The notes beneath the pieces were generated by a model. The model had not been told where the DNA came from, searched no databases, and worked only from the letters and a program-made list of their open reading frames with translations. From a bacterium (GTDB lineage: Bacteria > SZUA-182 > DTGQ01), in NCBI GenBank assembly GCA_040752695.1, contig JBFMGO010000090.1, forward strand, positions 1-25,312: a DNA stretch of 25,312 nt, in the 5' to 3' direction. This document shows, piece by piece, positions 7,076-16,420 of the stretch. Position numbers and translations under genes: made by a program. Positions within the stretch are counted from its first letter, which is position 1. Every line of letters starts with the position of its first letter.

Positions 7076-7885
7076 ATGATTACAGGGAAAAAGGCAGGCT
7101 TGGGAATCAGTGTTGCGCTCTACGCATTATTCGTAGCCAGTTTCGCTTCAGCTCATTTTGGTGTCGTAAAACCCTCGGATGACATCATTACCCAGGGAGA
7201 TAAAAAGAGCATACAGATAGAGGTGAAATTTATTCATCCTCACGAAGGGCATTACATGGAAATGGCAAAGCCCAAACAATTCGGAGTCATGGTTGGCGGC
7301 CAGAAAAGTGACCTGCTCGGCAGCCTGAATGCTGCCAAGGGAAAAACTGCGGACCAGAAACAGGAGTTTACTTTCTGGAAGACCGATTATACTATTAAAA
7401 GACCCGGTGATTATACCTTTTATGTTGAGCCATCCCCCTATTGGGAACCGGCTGAAGATTGCTACATTATCCACTATACAAAGGTTTGCGTCGATGCCCT
7501 GGGGCTGGAAGAAGGATGGGATACTCCCGTTGGATTAAAAACGGAAATTATCCCCCTGACCAGACCATACGGATTGTGGGCTGGAAACGTCTTTACCGGC
7601 GTTGTTCTGGTGGATGGCGAGCCGGTCCCGGATGCAGAGGTAGAGGTCGAATACCTTAACGAGGCCGCCGAAGGCGGTGCCCTTCCAACTCCCTCTGACC
7701 CGTTTGTAACGCAGGTCGTCAAGGCGGATAAGAATGGTGTATTTAGTTATGCCATGCCGAAAGCCGGCTGGTGGGGATTTGCCGCACTCAATGAGGATTC
7801 GAAAAAAATCAAAGGGCCGGACGGCGAACCAAAATCCATTGAAATCGGAGCTGTCTACTGGGTAAAAGCAACAGGTATGAAATAG
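7076..7885 (+). CDS. DUF4198 (NikK-like) periplasmic component of the Ni/Co ECF transporter
   Basis: Signal peptide ending ASA-H (His at the mature N-terminus); motifs [43 protein letters not shown]. Confidence 0.88.
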   Translation: MITGKKAGLGISVALYALFVASFASAHFGVVKPSDDIITQGDKKSIQIEVKFIHPHEGHYMEMAKPKQFGVMVGGQKSDLLGSLNAAKGKTADQKQEFTFWKTDYTIKRPGDYTFYVEPSPYWEPAEDCYIIHYTKVCVDALGLEEGWDTPVGLKTEIIPLTRPYGLWAGNVFTGVVLVDGEPVPDAEVEVEYLNEAAEGGALPTPSDPFVTQVVKADKNGVFSYAMPKAGWWGFAALNEDSKKIKGPDGEPKSIEIGAVYWVKATGMK

Positions 7886-8085
7886 GAAGTCCTTAAAAAA
7901 CGAGAAGTGCTTGCCTGTACCTGGTCTTATATTTGCTAGACTGGTCTTATAATTGCCACAGATGAGCGGCTTTTCAAATGCACTCAGAATTCTCTTTGCA
8001 AAAAATAGGGGTGGGACTTTTAGTACCCACCCTGCCCTTCTCTTTTGGGTTTAAGAGAGGCTTTTAACGCGTGAAGGAGATTTCC

Positions 8086-8748
8086 ATGAAAAAATTTCTC
8101 CCTGTTCAAGGCATAAAACTCCCCGGGGCCGTGATCTTCGGGCTTATCATCTTCGTGTTGCTGTCCACAACTGCACCCTCCTTTGCCCACAAAGTGAACA
8201 TTTTTGCTTATGTGGAGGGAAATAAGGTTTTCACTGAGAGCTATTTTCCGGATGGCCGCAAGGTGGAAGGGGGAACCGTAGAGGTCTACGACAGCCAGGA
8301 GAATAAACTTCTTTCCGGCACCACGGATACGGAAGGGAAATTCAACTTCGTTCCTCCCAAAAAAGATAATTTAAAGATCGTCCTTATTGCCACCATGGGA
8401 CACAAAAACAGTTACCTGCTCTCCGCCGAGGAGTTAGGCGGAACCGCTGCTGGCGAAGAATCGGCGAATGAGTCAGGCCAGGAGGCGGCCCAGACGGAGA
8501 ATACCTCCCCGGAGAGTAATGTCCAGGCTGTCAGCAGCGGCACGGGCGCTGCTGCCGTGCAGGTTGATGTTCAGGAAATCAAAAAAATCATCGATCAATC
8601 CCTGGATCAGAAGTTAGCGCCCATTATGCGGCAGTTGGTCAAGGGTGAGGAGGAGAAAGTATCTCCTGCCCAGATTTTTGGAGGAATCGGTTATATCTTC
8701 GGCATCATTGGCATTATCCTGTATTTTACCAAAAAGAAGGCTTCCTGA
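8086..8748 (+). CDS. NikL-like additional component of the Ni/Co ECF transporter
   Basis: ATG 8086 follows AAGGAG. Signal peptide ending SFA-HKVNIFAYVEG, MGH motif, C-terminal TM IFGGIGYIFGIIGI. Operon context agrees. Confidence 0.78.
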   Translation: MKKFLPVQGIKLPGAVIFGLIIFVLLSTTAPSFAHKVNIFAYVEGNKVFTESYFPDGRKVEGGTVEVYDSQENKLLSGTTDTEGKFNFVPPKKDNLKIVLIATMGHKNSYLLSAEELGGTAAGEESANESGQEAAQTENTSPESNVQAVSSGTGAAAVQVDVQEIKKIIDQSLDQKLAPIMRQLVKGEEEKVSPAQIFGGIGYIFGIIGIILYFTKKKAS

Positions 8749-8807
8749 TCAAGGAAGCCTTCTTTAGGGCTTCCTTGATCAAGGCTTCTTTTATAAGGAG
8801 TAATGAT

Positions 8808-9455
8808 ATGCATATCTCTGATGGAGTTTTATCCAATCCGGTTTGTATCGGATGTTACGCGGTTGCAATCGGGGTAGCGGCTACCTGCATTAAGACAAAA
8901 ATGGAATCTCAGGATCTTCCCAAGATTGCAGTTATCACCTCAGTCTTTTTTGTGGCATCCCTTATCAGTGTACCTCTGGGGCCTACCAGCGTGCACCTGA
9001 TCTTACCCGGTCTGGTGGGAGTTGCTCTCGGAGCCATGGCCTTCCCGTCGATTATGCTCGGCCTTGTCCTGCAGGCACTCCTGTTTCAGCACGGAGGGCT
9101 GACCACGATCGGCGCCAATTCCCTGATGATGGGGATTCCTGCCCTGACAGCCGGATTTATCTTCCATCAGGTCAGAAAATCGAATAATCACAGGCTGATT
9201 ATCACTGCGGGAGCCGTCTGCGGTGCCCTTGGGACGTTGCTGGCCGGGGTCTGTCTGGCCGTTCTTCTGGTCACGGCAGGTGAAAATTTCTTTGGCGTGG
9301 CCAAGGTTGCTCTGGCAGCCCATGTGCCGGTAATAATCATTGAATCCATCGTAACCGGCGCTGCCGTGGCCTTTCTCTTAAAGGTAAAACCAGATCTCAT
9401 AGGAGTCAGACTCAAAAATGATAGATTCAGTCCTTCGGTTTCTCTCGATTCTTGA
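8808..9455 (+). CDS. cbiM: Ni/Co ECF transporter substrate-specific S component NikM/CbiM
   Basis: The invariant metal-binding N-terminus MHISDG fixes the start at 8808 (AAGGAG at 8795-8800); SVHL, LQALLFQHGGLTTIGAN motifs. Confidence 0.93.
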   Translation: MHISDGVLSNPVCIGCYAVAIGVAATCIKTKMESQDLPKIAVITSVFFVASLISVPLGPTSVHLILPGLVGVALGAMAFPSIMLGLVLQALLFQHGGLTTIGANSLMMGIPALTAGFIFHQVRKSNNHRLIITAGAVCGALGTLLAGVCLAVLLVTAGENFFGVAKVALAAHVPVIIIESIVTGAAVAFLLKVKPDLIGVRLKNDRFSPSVSLDS

Positions 9456-9624
9456 TTTTCTTAAGTGGCCGAAATTAGTCTACACCCTGGAAAAGAGCGG
9501 ACAGACCTTGCCGGTGACACGGGTTGAATTGCCAACCTATTATCTCATTTTTATTCTCCTCGGGATTGTCCTGATCGCCTGGGGAATTGTCGAGATCTTT
9601 CATCACGAGGACAACGAACATTGA
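9418..9624 (+). CDS. Small single-TM protein with a His/acidic tail (possible NikN/CbiN analogue)
   Basis: 68 aa; TM YYLIFILLGIVLIAWGIVEIF followed by HHEDNEH; sits between M and Q and overlaps the 3' end of cbiM by 38 nt. Confidence 0.55.
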   Translation: MIDSVLRFLSILDFLKWPKLVYTLEKSGQTLPVTRVELPTYYLIFILLGIVLIAWGIVEIFHHEDNEH

Positions 9625-9737
9625 GATCATAAGTCACGGCATTTTCATTATTGGCCTATGCCATTTTTCGGCCTGTGACCAGGGGAGAACCCTGTCGTAG
9701 TCACTGATCCATAAGCCTTAAGGAAGGAGGTAACACC

Positions 9738-10523
9738 ATGAGGCCGGACATCGATCGATATTGTGAGTTGAAGTCCCCGATTCATTCCTGGGACCCCCGG
9801 TTAAAGATTCTGACCCTGGCCATTCTGGCCTTCTCAATCTCCTCGGTTTCGAGGATAACTACGGCCATTGGCTGTCTTATCATCTCCCTCTGTATCCTTT
9901 CCCTGACCAGAATCCCCTTCTCGTTCTCACTGAAACGCCTGGCAGCAGTGACCACTTTTGTCGGGCCGTTTTTTATCGTCATGCCCCTGACCATAAGGAC
10001 ACAGCCCGGCGATACCATTTATTTTTTCTCTCACCTGCGCTTTATCGAAATCAACGCCCGCGGCCTGCTCCTTGCCGGTATGGTATATATCAAGGCCGTA
10101 TCCATAGTCCTTCTGGTAGTTCCCATGTTTGGTACTAACCGGTTTGACATCTCGATCAAGGCTCTTGAGCATCTCAAGGTACCGAACAGCATTGTTCAGA
10201 TGATCCTTTTCTCTTACCGGTATATTTTTGTTTTCCTGGCTGAATTAAAACGCATGTCCCTGGCCATGAAGGTTCGTAAATTCGCTCCCTCCACCAACCT
10301 TCACACTCTGAAAACCTATGGAAATTTTCTCGGAACCCTGCTGGTGAGAAGTTTCGAAAGGGCAGAAGATGTTTACCAGGCCATGCTGTCCAGAGGGTAT
10401 ACGGGCACTCTTAAAACCCGCTTTGAATACCGGACGAAATTCGCGGATATGGTAAAAAGTACTTTGATTTTTGCAGCGATTTTGGGTATTATCTACTTTG
10501 ACCGGTTTTTTAAAGGACTCTGA
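9738..10523 (+). CDS. cbiQ: ECF transporter T component CbiQ/NikQ
   Basis: SPIHSWDPRLK, YRYIFV, RSFERAEDVYQAMLSRGY motifs; AAGGAGGT RBS. Confidence 0.93.
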   Translation: MRPDIDRYCELKSPIHSWDPRLKILTLAILAFSISSVSRITTAIGCLIISLCILSLTRIPFSFSLKRLAAVTTFVGPFFIVMPLTIRTQPGDTIYFFSHLRFIEINARGLLLAGMVYIKAVSIVLLVVPMFGTNRFDISIKALEHLKVPNSIVQMILFSYRYIFVFLAELKRMSLAMKVRKFAPSTNLHTLKTYGNFLGTLLVRSFERAEDVYQAMLSRGYTGTLKTRFEYRTKFADMVKSTLIFAAILGIIYFDRFFKGL

Positions 10524-10525
10524 CC

Positions 10526-11326
10526 GTGAAAGAAAAATCACCGATAAAAGAAAAATCACCGATAATTACTATAAAAAACCTGCACTTTACCTATCCTGAC
10601 GGAACGGCTGCCTTACGGGGGATAGACCTGACGATCATGGAGGGTGAATCCATCGCCCTGGTCGGGAAGAACGGATCGGGGAAATCCACCCTGATCAAGC
10701 ATATCAATGGCATTTACCAGCCAGAGGAAGGAGAGATCACGGTGGACGGCCTTCCCGTCACCAGGGAGAACCTCCAAAAAATCCGGGCACTGGTGGGCAT
10801 GGTCTTTCAAGACCCCGACAGTCAGCTCTTTTGCTCCACCCTGTACGACGATGTGGCCTTCGGCCCGATCAATATGGATGTGGAGGACGGGCTGGTTGAA
10901 CAAAGGGTTAAAAACGCACTGGATAAAATGGGGCTTCTCGATTTAATGAACCGTCCTCCCCACGACCTCAGCTTCGGTCAGCGAAAAAGGGCGGCCATGG
11001 CCACGGTTCTTTCCATGCAGCCCAAAATCATGATTTTCGATGAACCAACCAGTAACCTCGATCCAAAAAACGAGGCTGTCATGACCGAAATCTTGAGCAG
11101 CCTTCCCGTTACCATGATTTTAATCAGTCACGATCTGCCCATTTTATATCAAACCTGCCAAAAGGTCATTATCTTGAATAACGGCAGGATCGATCAAATA
11201 CTCTCCATGCAGGATTTTATCTCCGATATTACCCTGCTACGCGAAAACGGCCTTGATTTTACCTTTCGGTGTGATGAATGCTGCCATGACCCGAAGCATC
11301 ATCAATTCCTCCATGAGAACTTATGA
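10526..11326 (+). CDS. cbiO: ECF transporter ATPase CbiO/NikO (copy 1)
   Basis: Walker A GKNGSGKS, Q-loop FQDPDSQLF, LSFGQ signature, Walker B IFDEPT, SHD. GTG start followed by an 18-bp tandem duplication (KEKSPI x2). Confidence 0.92.
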   Translation: MKEKSPIKEKSPIITIKNLHFTYPDGTAALRGIDLTIMEGESIALVGKNGSGKSTLIKHINGIYQPEEGEITVDGLPVTRENLQKIRALVGMVFQDPDSQLFCSTLYDDVAFGPINMDVEDGLVEQRVKNALDKMGLLDLMNRPPHDLSFGQRKRAAMATVLSMQPKIMIFDEPTSNLDPKNEAVMTEILSSLPVTMILISHDLPILYQTCQKVIILNNGRIDQILSMQDFISDITLLRENGLDFTFRCDECCHDPKHHQFLHENL

Positions 11327-11396
11327 ATACATACACTACATTAAATCGTACCTATATACTCTCTTGGGCATACTCTCTTGGGCGTATACCCTATGA

Positions 11397-12269
11397 ATGT
11401 GTGACCTCATGAATACGAAAAAACCATTGATCCAAATCCGCGACCTTTTCTTTTCCTATGGCCAGGGGCAAAAGAACGCCCTGAATGGAATCAACGCCGA
11501 AATCCACGAAGGCGAATCCATTGCCATTGTCGGCCCCAACGGTGCAGGAAAATCAACCCTGGCCAAGCACCTGATCGGTGTCCTTATGGCCAGGTCCGGG
11601 TCGGTACTCATTGACGGGATCGAAGTTACAAGCCGCACCGTGCGGCAGATCCGGGATCTGGTCGGCCTGGTGTTTCAAGACCCAAGCGACCAGCTCTTTT
11701 GCCCGACTGTCAAAGAGGAAATCGCTTTCGGACTGATCAACATGAAATTACCCCCTCAGGAAATCCAAAACAGGGTAGCCGATGCGGCCAGGATTATGAA
11801 TATCTCTCACCTTCTCCTGCGGCCTGCCCATCACCTCAGCGGAGGCGAACGAAAAAGGGTGGCTATTGCCGCCATCCTGGCCATGCAACCCAAAATAACG
11901 ATCATGGACGAGCCCACAGCCAATCTGGATCCGCATAACGAAAAGGTGCTCGTTGATCTGATCAATTCCCTGGCATGCACCAAGATCGTTATCAGCCACG
12001 ATCTGCCCATCCTCTTTAAGATCTGCCAGCGCGTCCTGATCGTTGTCAAGGGCCAGATCATCAAGGACTGCTCCATGAAAGAATTTATGTTCGACCGAAA
12101 CCTCATCCTCGAACACGGTCTGGATTTCCGATTTAAATGCAAATGCTGCCGGGCTGTTCACCCTGAACATTTCCAGAAAACTGCCGGGCCAGCCGATTCA
12201 GCCAATCCAGCCGATCCAAGAGATCCAGTTATTTCGCAACAGAATCCGGCCCTGGCGGATAAGTCCTGA
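11397..12269 (+). CDS. cbiO: ECF transporter ATPase CbiO/NikO (copy 2)
   Basis: Walker A GPNGAGKS, FQDPSDQLF, LSGGE, IMDEPT, SHD. The start could instead be ATG 11409. Confidence 0.9.
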   Translation: MCDLMNTKKPLIQIRDLFFSYGQGQKNALNGINAEIHEGESIAIVGPNGAGKSTLAKHLIGVLMARSGSVLIDGIEVTSRTVRQIRDLVGLVFQDPSDQLFCPTVKEEIAFGLINMKLPPQEIQNRVADAARIMNISHLLLRPAHHLSGGERKRVAIAAILAMQPKITIMDEPTANLDPHNEKVLVDLINSLACTKIVISHDLPILFKICQRVLIVVKGQIIKDCSMKEFMFDRNLILEHGLDFRFKCKCCRAVHPEHFQKTAGPADSANPADPRDPVISQQNPALADKS

Positions 12270-12357
12270 TGACGATGTGTAAAAAGAGATAATAAGAAAT
12301 CCAAGACCTTGAGGTTGAACCGTACTGCCGTTTCACCGTAAGGAGAGAAGGGAAAAG

Positions 12358-12852
12358 ATGACTGACACAGGCGGAAAGCCCGATGCCGATATCCTGAATG
12401 AAATCGTCAAACGGATAGTCGAGGCTGTTCGACCTGTAAGGGTGGTGCTTTTCGGGTCCGCCAGCCGCGGACAGATGGGACCAGACAGCGATCTTGATTT
12501 GATGATAGTGATGCCTGACGGGATTCACCGCCGTCAGACAGCCCGCACGATCTATCGCAGCCTGGCCGGTATCGGCGTAGCCAAGGATATCGTGGTGGTG
12601 ACGGAAAGTGATATCCGCAATCACCAAGACAATCCGTCTCTCGTGATTTATCCAGCCTTGAGAGAAGGACGGGAGCTTCTACCATGCCGCAGCATAGATC
12701 CATTGAAGGGGCTGCGGCTGGCATGGCCGCGCCCCCAATTCACATCACAGGCAGTCAGAGATAGTCAGAAAGAGCCCCATACTTTTCATTCATCCATTCA
12801 TAAAAAATATTCCTGTAGGCAGATCTTTTCTCCAAATGGTAAGTGTTTGTAA
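12358..12852 (+). CDS. Minimal nucleotidyltransferase (MNT/MntA-like), probably with a frameshifted C-terminus
   Basis: LFGS.SRG....DSDLDL motif, KDIVV, ALREGREL. The domain ends near 12680; removing 1 nt gives ...GRELYHAAA-stop (TAG 12695-12697). Confidence 0.85.
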   Translation: MTDTGGKPDADILNEIVKRIVEAVRPVRVVLFGSASRGQMGPDSDLDLMIVMPDGIHRRQTARTIYRSLAGIGVAKDIVVVTESDIRNHQDNPSLVIYPALREGRELLPCRSIDPLKGLRLAWPRPQFTSQAVRDSQKEPHTFHSSIHKKYSCRQIFSPNGKCL

Positions 12853-13006
12853 TACCTCCCTAGTTAACCAGTGTACGAGCGAAATATCCAGCCAGGATCA
12901 AGCCAGCGTAAATACCCACGGAAAAGAGAGCAGCGAACCAACCGACAGCAGCATTCCCAAACATTGTTTTTCTCCTTTATTTTATGCCTCTTTCTGACTA
13001 TCCCTG
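12756..13006. repeat. 19-bp long-range inverted repeat bracketing the small ORF
   Basis: cagagatagtcagaaagag (12756-12774) versus ctctttctgactatccctg (12988-13006); the single mismatch is a G-U pair on the minus-strand RNA. Confidence 0.85.
12860..12964 (-). CDS. 34-aa hydrophobic small protein (candidate type I toxin-like membrane peptide)
   Basis: AAAGGAG RBS 7 nt before ATG 12964; MFGNAAVGWFAALFSVGIYAGLILAGYFARTLVN-stop; one TM-length helix; below the ORF track cutoff. Confidence 0.65.
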   Translation of the reverse strand: MFGNAAVGWFAALFSVGIYAGLILAGYFARTLVN

Positions 13007-13678
13007 CTTTTCTTTCACCTGCGACCGTCATTCTGACCTTTCGTTGCGGCCATCATTTTGGCTTTCAGTGACCTGTGATATGATTTCATTATTTCAAGAA
13101 ACGTTCCATGTGTATAAAAATGCATAGGGAGCAATCTGAAAAATGGGACAGGCAAAGGCAAAAGGGCACTGGGAAAAGGGCAGAGCGAGAGCTGAGCAAA
13201 GACAGAGCAGGGGCAGAGCGAGGATGCGCATAAAAATGCACAGGGAAACAGTGAAGAGATTAGAGAGATTAACATGACAGGTTATTCTGAAAAATGGTGA
13301 GTTATTGAGCTAGAAAACCTGAACCGATCGAGTAATATGTATAAATTTTAACCGGCGTTTTGTACTTTTTTATAGCAATAGAAGTTTATTTTTTGATCAC
13401 CCCCTCCGCGAGGTGATCATGAACTCCGCATCTCAAGAGAGCCCGACTCTGAAACGAAGAGTGAGGAGAGTAATTTTTATGACTTTCGACACTTCCTTCC
13501 CTCGATGACCTGAGTGCAGGCAGCGGGAATTACGCATCCGGATGATCTTGTCCTTAGCGGACACCTTTATGAAAAAGAGATTGTCTACCCTTCATCTCCG
13601 CCTTCGCGGGAATGACGAATAATGTGCTGGCTGGATGGATGATAGTCTATCTGGCCGTATTTAACGCGCGCAGTCTCT

Positions 13679-16018
13679 TTAGAGCCTCTCCGGCCTCAAT
13701 ACCCGGCTCAGGGTTTCGGTTAATTCCTTAACCTCATAGGGTTTGATGACAACGCCATGAAAACCGTACCGCCTGTAGTCGGACATAATGGGATCGTTAA
13801 AATAACCGCTTGAAACAATTGCTTTAATCTTGGGGTCTATTTCGAGTAATTTCTGAATCGCATCTTTCCCCCCCATTCCGCCCGGCACGGTCAAATCGAG
13901 CATGACTGCATCGAAGGGGTGTTCGCTTTCTTTTGCTTTTCTATACAGTTCGATTGCTTCCGCACCGTCTTTGGCCAGTTCGACCTCGTATTTCAGATGG
14001 GTCAGCATCCGTCCGACCACGTCTCTGATGCTCGGCTTATCGTCCATAAACAGGATTTTCCCCCGTCGGGAATAAAGACTCTGGAGGGAGGAGGGCATGT
14101 TCCGTCTCGACAGGTCACTCGCCGCAGCAGCAGGTTCCTTTTCTAACGCAGGAAGGTAGATCGTGAAGGAGGTCCCGATCCCCACCCTGGATTCGACTTC
14201 TATGGAGCCCTGATGTTTTTTGACAATGGAATAGGTTACTGCCAGTCCCAAACCGCTGCCTTTGGGCTTGGTGGTAAAATACGGATCGAATATTCTGTTG
14301 AGGTATTCTTCCGGTATGCCGACCCCGTGGTCCCTGATCGATATCTTGATATACTTGCCCGCTTTTATTCCCCATTCGCCCTTCGTTCCATGACCGGCTC
14401 CATACTCGCTCTTTTCACCGGGCTCACTGTGCACGCAACCATGCATCACATGCTCCTTTCCCTCACGGGGGGGCAAAGCGGCATCTGCTCTTGTGCCGAG
14501 CGTCACATTCTCGGCCCGTACCTCGATTAATCCGCCTTCGGGCATGGCCTGGCTCGCGTTAATCACCAGGTTATGTATTACCTGGCTTACCTGCCCCTCA
14601 TCGATCTCCGCCAGCCACAAGTCCTCCTGTATGAACAATTGGTATCTCACGGTTGACCCCCGCAAAAGAAAGCTGGTGGTATCCTTCAAAAGCTTCGAGA
14701 GCGAAGCGGTCTTTCGGATCGGCGCACCTCCCTTGGCAAAGGTAAGTAATTGCTGGGTTAATCTTTTAGCCTGAAAGGATGCGGTCTTTACCTCCCTTAC
14801 GATTTCGGAAATAGCGCTTTCGGATTGCAACTGCCTCTCCGCAAGAGACAGATTCCCGATAATTGCGGCTAACAGGTTATTGAAGTCATGGGCGATGCCA
14901 CCGGCCAGAATGCTGAGGGATTCCAGTTTCTGAGCCCTTTGTAATCCCTCTTCCATCCTCTTGCGCTCGGTGATATCTTCCATCATGGGCAGGAAATAAA
15001 GTGCCCTGCCGGCAGCGTCTTTTACCAGGCGGACGGAAAGGCGTATCCAAACGGTTTCACCGCTTTTGCGGATGTAGCGCGTATCGATCTGGAATTGGTC
15101 GATCTTACCGGCAAGCAATGCCTGAGCCCTCTCCCTTTCAGCACTCAGATCGTCAGGATGGGAAATATCCGACAGGCTGAGCGAGAGCAACTCTTCTTCA
15201 GAATATCCGATAATGCGGCACAGTTCGGCATTCACCCGCAAAAAACCGTAATCCGTAGAGACAATAGCAGCTCCGATTGGGGACTGGTCAAAGGTTCTGC
15301 GAAAATTCTGTTCACTTTCACGGAGTACTTTTTCCGTGCGCACTCTTTCGGCAATTTCCCGCTCGAGCTGCTGATTGGCCTCGATGAGCTTTGCAGTCCG
15401 CTCCCTGACCAGTTCTTCGAGATGAAAGCGGTATCTTCTCAGACACTCTTCCGTCTCCCTGCGCTCGGTGGTTACCTGGAAGTAAACGGCCATCCCTTCT
15501 CCATACGGGTGCACCCTGAGCTCATACCAGTTTTCCAGGGGCTGAAAGTAGGTATCGAAGGCAGCGGACTTTTTCTCTTTGAGGGTTCTGATAAACCTTT
15601 TTCCGAAATCTGACTCTTCACTGTCAGGGAAAACCTCGAACAGGCAGCGTCCGAGCACATCCTCCCGCCTGCGGTCGAGGAGCTGTTCGGCTGCTTTGTT
15701 GAAGTAGCGTATCACCAGATCGTCGTCCAGAGCCAGAAAGCCGTCACTCATGTTTTCGAGAATACTGACTACCTGCCCGTGTGCTTCCTCGTACGTCTCT
15801 TTATGAATTTTCTCGGAAGCTCTGGCATGAGCTTCCTCATCCCTGTTATTGGCTGAAGCACGGCAGCAAAGATCAGTAACCCGGATATTGAATCGACTGA
15901 CTACAGGGCCAATCGACAGAGTGCTGTTCGTGCCTGTATTTTCAATTGCCGACTCCTTGATCAAATGTTTGCTCATGTTACCATCATCAGTCATTTCCAT
16001 ATACCTCATGATAATCAA
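13679..16018 (-). CDS. Hybrid sensor histidine kinase (PAS-PAS-HisKA-HATPase-REC), cytoplasmic
   Basis: Two PAS/PAC segments; H-box [14 protein letters not shown]-box [29 protein letters not shown]; receiver MDD...DLT...KPY. Start uncertain (TTG 16018 or one of several downstream ATGs). Confidence 0.93.
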   Translation of the reverse strand: MIIMRYMEMTDDGNMSKHLIKESAIENTGTNSTLSIGPVVSRFNIRVTDLCCRASANNRDEEAHARASEKIHKETYEEAHGQVVSILENMSDGFLALDDDLVIRYFNKAAEQLLDRRREDVLGRCLFEVFPDSEESDFGKRFIRTLKEKKSAAFDTYFQPLENWYELRVHPYGEGMAVYFQVTTERRETEECLRRYRFHLEELVRERTAKLIEANQQLEREIAERVRTEKVLRESEQNFRRTFDQSPIGAAIVSTDYGFLRVNAELCRIIGYSEEELLSLSLSDISHPDDLSAERERAQALLAGKIDQFQIDTRYIRKSGETVWIRLSVRLVKDAAGRALYFLPMMEDITERKRMEEGLQRAQKLESLSILAGGIAHDFNNLLAAIIGNLSLAERQLQSESAISEIVREVKTASFQAKRLTQQLLTFAKGGAPIRKTASLSKLLKDTTSFLLRGSTVRYQLFIQEDLWLAEIDEGQVSQVIHNLVINASQAMPEGGLIEVRAENVTLGTRADAALPPREGKEHVMHGCVHSEPGEKSEYGAGHGTKGEWGIKAGKYIKISIRDHGVGIPEEYLNRIFDPYFTTKPKGSGLGLAVTYSIVKKHQGSIEVESRVGIGTSFTIYLPALEKEPAAAASDLSRRNMPSSLQSLYSRRGKILFMDDKPSIRDVVGRMLTHLKYEVELAKDGAEAIELYRKAKESEHPFDAVMLDLTVPGGMGGKDAIQKLLEIDPKIKAIVSSGYFNDPIMSDYRRYGFHGVVIKPYEVKELTETLSRVLRPERL

Positions 16019-16420
16019 TAGTTGTCGAAAAATAAGTAAGCTTCAAAAATATCCTGTTATCTATTTCATTATACAACAATATGCGATAAAAAAAAAAGGT
16101 AAAATTTACACATTTATTTTAGAAGTGAAAATACTCAGGAAATTGCGGCCAGTCCGGCAGCAAAAACAGCGAGCTTTCCCTGACTGGCTTAAGGGGGGAT
16201 GCAAAGGTACGGTTTCCTGCGCCGGCACTGTTTATCCTTAGCCTCTTTATCTGCTCTCCTTGTTTCCGGCTCTTTTTTCCGAAATGTCTATGAAAAGAAC
16301 TTCAGTCCATCATCGGGAAAAGCTCCAGCAAGGCTGGATGTGGTACATAAAGCGGGAATGGTACATAAGGCGGGATAGATCACGAAAAGTGAAAAACCAA
16401 AAGGGGGGAGGAGGTTATTC

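Noticed and set aside
8775..8807. Upstream TTG start for cbiM
   Set aside because: NikM/CbiM need a free MH N-terminus for metal binding, and the RBS fits ATG 8808.
12756..13006. MITE or IS interpretation of the inverted repeat
   Set aside because: No target-site duplication or transposase is seen, and the mismatch is a strand-specific G-U pair, which favours RNA pairing. Not fully excluded without a genome-wide copy search.
13015..13275. 86-aa Cys/Leu/Pro-rich minus-strand ORF, and plus-strand ORF 12871-13071
   Set aside because: The first derives from a purine-skewed low-complexity tract (gggcagagcgag x2) and has no RBS. The second is antisense to the better-supported 34-aa ORF.
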